Source: Synechococcus sp. (GTDB taxonomy: Bacteria; Cyanobacteriota; Cyanobacteriia; Thermostichales; PCC-7336). From it: a stretch of DNA of 10,503 nt. The notes beneath the pieces are model-generated. The model had not been told where the DNA came from. It did no database searches and saw nothing but the letters and a program-made list of their open reading frames with translations. The position numbers were made by a program, and so were the translations under genes. Below are positions 1 through 7,631 of the stretch, in pieces. Location of the stretch: positions 1 to 10,503 of the forward strand of contig JBFRWD010000036.1 of the NCBI GenBank assembly GCA_051439425.1. The letters run 5' to 3'. The stretch's first letter is position 1. Every line of letters begins with the position of its first letter.

Positions 1-20
1 TTGATCTAAAAAGGGTCGCG

Positions 21-45
21 CATACCCCGTCAGCTTGCTGCGGGG
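21..45 (+). repeat. IS left-end guide (CATA 21-24) plus subterminal hairpin (25-45)
   Basis: CCCCG-(T bulge)-CAGC-TT-GCTG-CGGGG stem-loop. A second perfect hairpin GCCGCCC-GATA-GGGCGGC lies at 57-74. Confidence 0.85.
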
Positions 46-92
46 ACAAGCGGCCCGCCGCCCGATAGGGCGGCAGTAGATAGACTGCATGT

Positions 93-539
93 ATGGAGCT
101 GAAGCGTAGTAATCATTGCGTGTACCAAATTCGCTACCACTTAGTGTTTTGCGTGAAGTATCGACGGAAGCTGTTAAAGCCAAAGGAACGGTGTGACTAC
201 CTGAAGTACATATTGAAGGAGATAGGAGAAAGATACAGTTTTGAGCGAGAGGAAATGGGAACGGATGGCGACCACATCCACGTATTTGTGGGTGCAGCGC
301 CAAAGTATGCGCCTTCGAGAGTGATGCAGATACTCAAAAGCATCAGTGCGCGCGAACTATTCAAGAGGTTTCCAGAAATCCGAAAGCAGCTATGGGGAGG
401 CGAGTTTTGGAGTGATGGTGGATATATCGGAACGGTAGGGGATGGCGTGACCAGTGAGATCGTCAAGAGGTATGTACGGGAGCAAGGAAGTCGGGAAGCC
501 CAGGAAAGTGAGGAGCCAATCCAGCTATTTGAGCTATGA
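93..539 (+). CDS. tnpA: IS200/IS605-family Y1 (HUH) transposase TnpA, 148 aa
   Basis: YHLVFCVKYRRK N-terminal motif, HUH motif DHIH, LWGGEFWSDGGY, and catalytic Tyr in RYVREQ. Confidence 0.97.
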   Translation: MELKRSNHCVYQIRYHLVFCVKYRRKLLKPKERCDYLKYILKEIGERYSFEREEMGTDGDHIHVFVGAAPKYAPSRVMQILKSISARELFKRFPEIRKQLWGGEFWSDGGYIGTVGDGVTSEIVKRYVREQGSREAQESEEPIQLFEL

Positions 540-546
540 CACTCCC

Positions 547-570
547 GATACCCCGTAGCTAGCTGCGGGG
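547..570 (+). repeat. IS right-end guide (GATA 547-550) plus subterminal hairpin (551-570)
   Basis: CCCCGTAGC-TA-GCTGCGGGG stem with one G-T pair; a near copy of the left hairpin. Confidence 0.85.
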
Positions 571-589
571 TCAGCGCTAGTCAGACCAT

Positions 590-1582
590 CTATTCATTAT
601 TGTTTGGAGATCTGCCTCGAAAGGGATCGGTCACTGTAGGAGTTGATCGAGGCCTATTGACATCGGGAATATCAACATCCGGAAGCTCGGGCTCGGGAAT
701 ATCAACGTCCACTTCGATTGGAGGGCGTTCGGCTATAGGTAGTTCGGGAATAACATCAGTCGGCTGTTGGGGCTCAGGTGGGGAAGGCTGAGGCACGTAT
801 ATATCAATTTCAGGTCGTTCGACCGTCCGAACTGGTGCTCCATTACATGTCACCTGATCGTGCAAGATATCTCGCTCCATTTGTAGGGTCTGGGCTGCTT
901 CGGCAGATTCGGAAGAGAGATCGTGCTCTTTGGCTAAGCCTTGCAATATTGGACTGCTCGATACCGTCTCGCAGGCATTGAAGTTAGCGATCGCCACAAT
1001 GTCTCCATCGACTACCAGGGCCATTTGTCTGGGGGCTAGCTCTGCAAGGAGTTCATTGTCTAGATTGCGAATTTCTGCGGGACTGGTGAAAGTAGAAATC
1101 AATGTCGTAGGCTTGCCATCATCTCTCGTCCGAGCCGTAACAGTGAGTAAGCTACCTTGGACACCCGCGATTGCTGTTGGTGTCACAATTTCAGCGCCTC
1201 CTGCTCCTGGAGGGGTCACCATCATCATGACTCCTTCCTGCAGGTTAAATTTGCGGCTTTCGGGACTAAAGATAAAGCTGGAGTTCTGGCCAACGCGTAC
1301 TAACGATGCGTCGTTAAACACCATTTGAGCTAGGGAGGTCGAACCGGTATGCAAACGGTCGTCCGGTACCAAAACATCGTCCACCCGTGCTGTTTGAGGT
1401 GGGGTCTGCTGCAATTCCACGGTCACAAGATTAACGATGCGATCGACGGTGGCAGAGGTTAGAGGGGAAGGCTCGGGACTAGCGATCGCTGACTGTGGCG
1501 GAAGGATTGCCAATGCTATGCCGACTAGCCCCATAGAAACTGAGCCGCAGATAGAACCTATTCTGAAGTGCGCATCTAACAC
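590..1582 (-). CDS. Secreted FecR-domain protein with Pro/acidic low-complexity C-terminal tail
   Basis: Signal-peptide-like segment (MGLVGIALAILPPQSAIA). FecR-like core DDRLHTGSTSLAQMVFNDASLVRVGQNS...IVTPTAIAGVQGS. GTG 1582 chosen as start because GGAGG (1595-1591) lies 8 nt upstream; alternatives are TTG 1597 and ATG 1534. Confidence 0.85.
   Translation of the reverse strand: MLDAHFRIGSICGSVSMGLVGIALAILPPQSAIASPEPSPLTSATVDRIVNLVTVELQQTPPQTARVDDVLVPDDRLHTGSTSLAQMVFNDASLVRVGQNSSFIFSPESRKFNLQEGVMMMVTPPGAGGAEIVTPTAIAGVQGSLLTVTARTRDDGKPTTLISTFTSPAEIRNLDNELLAELAPRQMALVVDGDIVAIANFNACETVSSSPILQGLAKEHDLSSESAEAAQTLQMERDILHDQVTCNGAPVRTVERPEIDIYVPQPSPPEPQQPTDVIPELPIAERPPIEVDVDIPEPELPDVDIPDVNRPRSTPTVTDPFRGRSPNNNE
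663..710 (-). repeat. Intragenic 30-bp-period repeat encoding DVDIP twice
   Basis: TCGGGAATATCAACATCC (663-680) and TCGGGAATATCAACGTCC (693-710) are 17/18 identical. A partial third copy TCGGGAATA lies at 744-752. Confidence 0.8.
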
Positions 1583-1654
1583 AGCATTGCCCTCCAACCT
1601 CTTACAGTTATCGCTGTAATACGACTACTGTACCGAGATGCTTACTGGCAGCTT

Positions 1655-1668
1655 GCGATCGCGATCGC
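1655..1668. repeat. HIP1 (GCGATCGC) overlapping double copy, representative of at least 11 copies in the window
   Basis: GCGATCGCGATCGC here. Other copies start at 987, 1482, 3886, 4097, 5690, 6702, 7513, 9085 and 9567. This abundance is a hallmark of cyanobacterial genomes. Confidence 0.92.
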
Positions 1669-1745
1669 CGCAGATAATTGTCGTATGTCACCGAACAGGT
1701 CAGACATAAGTAGCTTGGTTGCGGGGACGCTAAATGTGTTCTTAG

Positions 1746-2609
1746 CTAATAGCGATATTGTGCGCGCCACCATGCAACGGGCAATGCAACAGCCTTACGC
1801 AATTTGGATACGTAGGCTCGGCGGCGGAAGACCTGATAATTGTTCCGTTCGATCGCATTTAGAATCTGACGGTAGAGCATTAGGGATGCCCAAACGGGCC
1901 AGCGAGCATCTTTCTGAAGCGATGACACTCCTGACTCTGCCTTGGCATACAACTGGCGGGCACGCTCGATTTCAAAATCCATCAGTGCGATCCAGCGGCG
2001 ATCAACCACGCAATTGAATAAATCGTTTTCAGAGTAATTAAACTTCTTTAAATCCTCTGCCGGGAGGTAGATACGACCCCGTCGTGCATCTTCTCCTACG
2101 TCTCGCAGAATGTTGGTTAGTTGCATTGCTAACCCCAGCGAAATTGCCTCATCCATGGCATGTTTATCAGGGACAAATCCCATAATGGCAGAGGACATCT
2201 CCCCAACCGTCCCTGCCACGCGATAGCAATAAAGGCGAAGTTCTTCCCAGGTTTCGTAGCGATCTCTCTCCAAATCCATGCGCTGGCCGGCAATCATTTC
2301 TCGGAAGGGTTCAACGGGTATGGAATAGCGTTCAATCGCATCTGCAAGCGCTATGTCTGTCGGATTGGAAGGCGTTATTCCGGAGAACAGCGCCTCCATG
2401 TTGTCTTCCCATACATCCAGAGTTTCTGGTGTAGTGGTGCCGGCCTCTGCACCATCCACGAGTTCGTCCGTATTGCGAAGCCACGCATAGATGGCCCAAA
2501 TCGCATGCCGCTTCTCTAGGGGCATAAGTTGCGAGCCCAAGTAAAACGTTTTGGCATGTTTGGCCGTAATGCTGCGGCACAGTTCAATCGATTGGGCAAG
2601 CGAGGTCAT
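1746..2609 (-). CDS. crtB: Phytoene synthase, about 287 aa
   Basis: AKTFYLG, TDELVD, YCYRVAGTVG, MQLTNILRDVGEDARRGRIYLP motifs. Start trimmed to ATG 2609 because the ORF-track start (2738) overlaps pds. Confidence 0.97.
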   Translation of the reverse strand: MTSLAQSIELCRSITAKHAKTFYLGSQLMPLEKRHAIWAIYAWLRNTDELVDGAEAGTTTPETLDVWEDNMEALFSGITPSNPTDIALADAIERYSIPVEPFREMIAGQRMDLERDRYETWEELRLYCYRVAGTVGEMSSAIMGFVPDKHAMDEAISLGLAMQLTNILRDVGEDARRGRIYLPAEDLKKFNYSENDLFNCVVDRRWIALMDFEIERARQLYAKAESGVSSLQKDARWPVWASLMLYRQILNAIERNNYQVFRRRAYVSKLRKAVALPVAWWRAQYRY

Positions 2610-2682
2610 TGCACCCACCAGAGGCAGAAAGGAGTGAAGGCCGCATGTCGCAGCAAGAGTTGAGGGAAGCGGGACGCTCAGA

Positions 2683-4140
<1,458 letters not shown>

Positions 4141-4142
4141 CT

Positions 4143-4166
4143 ATTGTATTTGCAATCCGTTACAAT
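4143..4166 (-). promoter_or_regulatory. Putative pds promoter: -10 TACAAT with adjacent HLR1 (RpaB)-like direct repeat
   Basis: Minus-strand TACAAT at 4148-4143, 30 nt from the ATG. TTTGCAAT-CC-GTTACAAT (4149-4166) matches (G/T)TTACA(T/A)(T/A)-N2-(G/T)TTACA(T/A)(T/A) with one mismatch. Confidence 0.6.
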
Positions 4167-4429
4167 TTGCAGCATTTTGCCGACAGAACTACATTCTGCT
4201 GTTGCATGTGCTCGAGATAAAACGTCCAAAAGTCGATTATTCCGGCCTGATAAGGAAGACCATTTCGGCTGGCTGACTCCCCATCTAAGTCTCCTCGACA
4301 TCCTTAGTCTGAAATGCATCGCTGTCTGGAAGATGTGGTCGAACGGACGAGCCAAGCGGTGTGAAGAGGGAACCAGGATTGAGAGGCAACCTTCACCGTC
4401 GGTGCTTGCAGCATGGAAGAGACAGGTGA

Positions 4430-4783
4430 TCAGTGGAGGCGATTTTGAGCAAAAATTCGACTGACCTTTCTCGCTTCATGCCAGCGCGAGAGAAAGTCTT
4501 CTTCAACCAAGCAATGTCTGATGCCTGCTCTCCTGCTAGAGCTTCTGTATTGTTTTCCTTTAGCTCTGAGGCTTTGTTTGGCTGAATTGCGCGATCTTAT
4601 GTGGCGAGTCTCTCGGGCCTGAATGCGGCGCGGATATACATTAGAGCCCTTGTCCTCTGGGGAGGTGGTAGTTGACGACACTTTATAAGGATGCTTACTC
4701 ATTGGCGATCGGCCTCTCGACTTCTGCCACGGTGAGGTGACTAAAGATAGCAGGGTGACATGGCTAACGGGAAACGCACTCAT
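4430..4783 (-). CDS. Hypothetical small, highly basic protein (117 aa; 90 aa if started at ATG 4702)
   Basis: AGGAG (4797-4793) 9 nt before ATG 4783; downstream of a TTGACA promoter; 25 R+K versus 7 D+E. No domain recognised. Confidence 0.5.
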   Translation of the reverse strand: MSAFPVSHVTLLSLVTSPWQKSRGRSPMSKHPYKVSSTTTSPEDKGSNVYPRRIQARETRHIRSRNSAKQSLRAKGKQYRSSSRRAGIRHCLVEEDFLSRWHEARKVSRIFAQNRLH

Positions 4784-4987
4784 TACGCTCAACTCCTATG
4801 CATTCATATCTTTCGCAGTTGCTTGGTAACTGGGGTGTGGGCTGGTGATTCAACAATCTCAATGCTTATCTGCTTGGCGATACACCGAATTAAGCAGCTA
4901 GTGGTGACCGAGCAATAGACAGGTGTGACCAACCAGATAAAATTAAAAAAATGAACCAAACTCACTGAATAAAGTGAATTACTTGCA

Positions 4988-5016
4988 AAATTATCCACAT
5001 ACATTGAATGTGTCAA
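4988..5016 (-). promoter_or_regulatory. Leftward sigma70-type promoter TTGACA-N17-TAATTT
   Basis: Perfect -35 at 5016-5011, 17-nt spacer, TAnnnT -10 at 4993-4988, in an AT-rich context. Confidence 0.6.
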
Positions 5017-5032
5017 GAGTCTACGATAGGAT
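5004..5032 (+). promoter_or_regulatory. Rightward sigma70-type promoter TTGAAT-N17-TAGGAT for the repressor
   Basis: -35 at 5004-5009, -10 at 5027-5032; RBS-like GAGGGAG at 5064-5070 before ATG 5077. Confidence 0.5.
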
Positions 5033-5076
5033 TTCAGTAGTTTCATTCACCTCAATCTGCTGAGAGGGAGATACTG

Positions 5077-5745
5077 ATGGGGCGATTTCAGGCCTCTGAA
5101 GGATTGAAGACATTTGCCAGTCGTTTGAAGCAGGCGATCGGTGACGAGGCCGTGTATGCCTTTGGGCGACGGGCGGGGCTGAGCGATACGAGTTTGCGCA
5201 GTTATCTCAAAGGGGCTGCGGTACCCGGCATCGATAAGGCAGTAGCAATGGCCGAAACGGCCGGTGTTGCGCTGCAGTGGCTGGTGACGGGAGAAGGCGA
5301 GATGCGCGATGGGGATGCTGCTGACGATGATTTTGTTGGCATCCCATTTGTAGATGCAGAGGTCTCGGCAGGCCCAGGGATGCTGGCCAGAGAAGAAGCG
5401 GTTCGGGAGATTGTGGCTTTCGATCGCCAGTGGCTGCGTGCTAAATTCGGCTCCAATCCCTCTCAGCTCACGTTGGTGGCTGTCAGCGGAGACAGTATGG
5501 CTCCCACCTTGATGGATGGAGATACGATTTTTGTCGATCTCCAGATTGACGAATTGCGCGATGGAATCTATGTGTTTCAGATGAGTGGCGATCTATTAGT
5601 GAAACGGTTGCAAAAATTACCGGGTTCACTGGTTAGCGTGATTAGCGACAACCCAAAATTCCAGACGTTCACGGTGGATATGAATGATAGCGATCGCCAG
5701 ATTGCAATCATCGGCCGCTATCGAGGCAGAATTACGCTGCAGTAG
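5077..5745 (+). CDS. Phage CI-like repressor (XRE/HTH + peptidase S24), 222 aa
   Basis: N-terminal HTH (FASRLKQAIG...AGLSDTSLRSYLKG...P...VALQWLVTGEG). Ala98-Gly99 scissile site (SAGPG), catalytic Ser140 (GDSM) and Lys176 (LVKRL), plus SDNP and IIGR motifs. Confidence 0.93.
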   Translation: MGRFQASEGLKTFASRLKQAIGDEAVYAFGRRAGLSDTSLRSYLKGAAVPGIDKAVAMAETAGVALQWLVTGEGEMRDGDAADDDFVGIPFVDAEVSAGPGMLAREEAVREIVAFDRQWLRAKFGSNPSQLTLVAVSGDSMAPTLMDGDTIFVDLQIDELRDGIYVFQMSGDLLVKRLQKLPGSLVSVISDNPKFQTFTVDMNDSDRQIAIIGRYRGRITLQ

Positions 5746-5904
5746 GGCAGACTTGCCCCCGCGTAAGGTTTCGAATGCCCCCAAAGAAAAGAGAGCTAGC
5801 ATCAATTGCTGTTAAGGCTGAATCGCAAAAAATAGTTGACCCACTTACACAATCGGTGATAAAGCGAAAGACACATTGTTCGGTCTAGTGCGGTCAGGGT
5901 TCTA

Positions 5905-5946
5905 TTGATTTCAGGGGTCTCTTGTTGATTTCGGGGCTCTTGATTT
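5905..5946 (+). repeat. Degenerate tandem repeat upstream of the Hsp70-like gene
   Basis: TTGATTTCAGGGGTCTCTTG (5905-5924), TTGATTTCGGGGCTCTTG (5925-5942), and a third TTGATTT (5940-5946). Confidence 0.65.
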
Positions 5947-6017
5947 GAGCCTAGTAATCCGGAGAACGCTTCCGCAGGACAGGACAGTTGTTGCATGTTG
6001 CCTGTGGGTTGTTCGTG

Positions 6018-7631
6018 ATGTTGGCTATTGATTTTGGCACCAGTAACACGGTTGTGGCGCAACTGTCAGGCGAGACAGTATCGGTATTGCGCTTAGTTGG
6101 TCTTTGTCGTCCGGACACGGAGGGGGCCCCCACCATTCCCAGTCAGGTGTATGTGGAAGATGCACGAACAGGTCAGGTCGTTATTGGTCAGGAAGTTAGC
6201 GACCGTGGCCTGGATATCAAAAGCGATCCGCGCTATTTCAGAAATTTCAAGCGAGGTATTGGGGTTGAGGTTCGGGGCTTTGTGCCCGAACTAGATGGCG
6301 TTGAAGTGACTCCAGAATTGGTAGGTACATGGTTTTTGAAGCGAGTGGTGGAAGCGACTCAAGCAGCGCTTGGAGACGAGAATGGCGAAAACTCTGAGTC
6401 AGATAGCTGGGTCTTTACTGTGCCGGTTGATAGCTTTGAAGCTTACCGTCAGTGGCTGAGTGATAGTGTCGGTTCTTTAGGTATTGCTCAACTGCAACTG
6501 TTGGATGAGCCAACGGCGGCAGCTTTGGATTATGGGTTGCAGCAGAGCCAAAACTTTCTTGTGGTTGATTTTGGTGGAGGGACTCTCGACCTAGCTTTAA
6601 TTCAGCCGGGTAAGGCTCCCGGAGGACGTGCGTGGGGCACGTTTGTGAACTGGGGGGGAGCGCGCTTGAAATCTAAGCAGGGGCAATCCACGACAGCAAA
6701 AGCGATCGCCAAAGCGGCTCAGACGCTAGGAGGAGCTGACTTAGACCGATGGTTGGCAGAAGCCTGGTGCCAGCAGCACAATTTGCACAACAATCGCCTC
6801 ATTACCCGCTTAGCAGAGCGGGTCAAAATTTCCTTATCTGGCACCGAGCACGCCCAGGAAGTTTTTTTTGATGATGAAACCTTTCAGTCGGTGGAATTAG
6901 AAGCAACCCGCGCTCAGTTCACCCAACTGTTGAAACATAACAAGCTGTTCGATCGCCTCAATTCAGCTCTCAATCAGGTATTGCTCCAAGCTCAGCAACG
7001 GGGCTTAGAAAAATCTGATATTCAGGCTGTAGTTGCTGTTGGCGGTACCTGTAAGATTCCGGCCATTCGAACCTGGTTGGAGGAGGAGTTCGGTGCTGAC
7101 AAGCTATATGCCTCGGAACCGCTAGAGGCAATTGCCAAAGGTGCCCTGCAGATTGGTATGGGCATCGAAGTGCGCGATTTCCTTTATCACAGCTACGGTA
7201 TTCGCTACTGGAACCAGCGTACGAACAGTCACGATTGGCATCCCTTAATCCAGGCTGGAATCCCCTATCCCTTGCCGGAGCCGGTGGAATTGGTACTGGG
7301 GGCATCGATTGAAAACCAGCCCAGTATTGAGTTGGTGATTGGAGAATTGGGAGAATCGGATGAGGCGGTAGAGGTTTATTTTTCCGAAGGACAGCTGGTG
7401 ACTCGTCAGCGATCTACAGATGAAGATGGTCTGGTAAAACCCGTTCAAGCCCTCAACGACGCTCCCGATACCCGCTCGATCGCCCAACTAAAGCCTGCGG
7501 GTCAGCCGGGGAGCGATCGCCTCCTATTACAGTTTCAGGTAGACGAGCAACGGCGTCTGTGCGTCACAGTAGAAGACCTACTCACCAACGAAACCCTTCA
7601 AGAGAACCAACCAATTATTGAATTGAGATGA
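6018..7631 (+). CDS. Hsp70-family (DnaK-like, atypical cyanobacterial) protein, about 537 aa
   Basis: AIDFGTSNT, EPTAAA, VDFGGGTLD, LGGADLD, VGGTCKIP actin/Hsp70 ATPase motifs. The C-terminal domain is short and divergent, so this is not canonical dnaK. Start set to ATG 6018. Confidence 0.92.
   Translation: MLAIDFGTSNTVVAQLSGETVSVLRLVGLCRPDTEGAPTIPSQVYVEDARTGQVVIGQEVSDRGLDIKSDPRYFRNFKRGIGVEVRGFVPELDGVEVTPELVGTWFLKRVVEATQAALGDENGENSESDSWVFTVPVDSFEAYRQWLSDSVGSLGIAQLQLLDEPTAAALDYGLQQSQNFLVVDFGGGTLDLALIQPGKAPGGRAWGTFVNWGGARLKSKQGQSTTAKAIAKAAQTLGGADLDRWLAEAWCQQHNLHNNRLITRLAERVKISLSGTEHAQEVFFDDETFQSVELEATRAQFTQLLKHNKLFDRLNSALNQVLLQAQQRGLEKSDIQAVVAVGGTCKIPAIRTWLEEEFGADKLYASEPLEAIAKGALQIGMGIEVRDFLYHSYGIRYWNQRTNSHDWHPLIQAGIPYPLPEPVELVLGASIENQPSIELVIGELGESDEAVEVYFSEGQLVTRQRSTDEDGLVKPVQALNDAPDTRSIAQLKPAGQPGSDRLLLQFQVDEQRRLCVTVEDLLTNETLQENQPIIELR

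Larger units (their letters stand above)
6..597 (+). mobile_element. IS200/IS605-family insertion sequence, tnpA only (no tnpB)
   Basis: Y1 transposase flanked by two near-identical subterminal hairpins in direct orientation (ATACCCCGTCAGCTTGCTGCGGGG 22-45; ATACCCCGTAGCTAGCTGCGGGG 548-570). Left cleavage is predicted after TTGAT (1-5). The right end is tentatively placed after TTCAT (593-597) and is less certain. Confidence 0.85.

Noticed and set aside
6..597. Absence of HIP1 in the IS as proof of recent horizontal acquisition
   Set aside because: At about 1 HIP1 per kb in this window, zero in 0.6 kb is not informative.
540..600. tnpB/omegaRNA associated with tnpA
   Set aside because: The right-end hairpin follows the tnpA stop within about 10 nt, leaving no room for tnpB, and no RuvC-like ORF is present.
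4356..4400. Cobalamin riboswitch (GGTGTGAAGAGGGAACC)
   Set aside because: Only the AGGGAA-like seed is present. The downstream CCC/ACTGT and AGYCAG B12-box elements are missing, and no co-oriented gene follows.
4804..5046. 80-aa minus-strand ORF as a cro/ner gene divergent from the repressor
   Set aside because: No HTH pattern, and it runs straight through the AT-rich predicted promoter region.
5077..5745. Calling the repressor lexA, or calling the region a prophage
   Set aside because: The N-terminus is an XRE/CI-type HTH rather than the LexA winged helix, and no other phage genes or att sites are visible.
5745..5758. Rho-independent terminator after the repressor (GGGCA-GACT-TGCCC)
   Set aside because: Only a 5-bp stem and no U-tract.
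5905..5946. Mini CRISPR array
   Set aside because: Units are short, degenerate and abutting, with no spacers and no cas genes.
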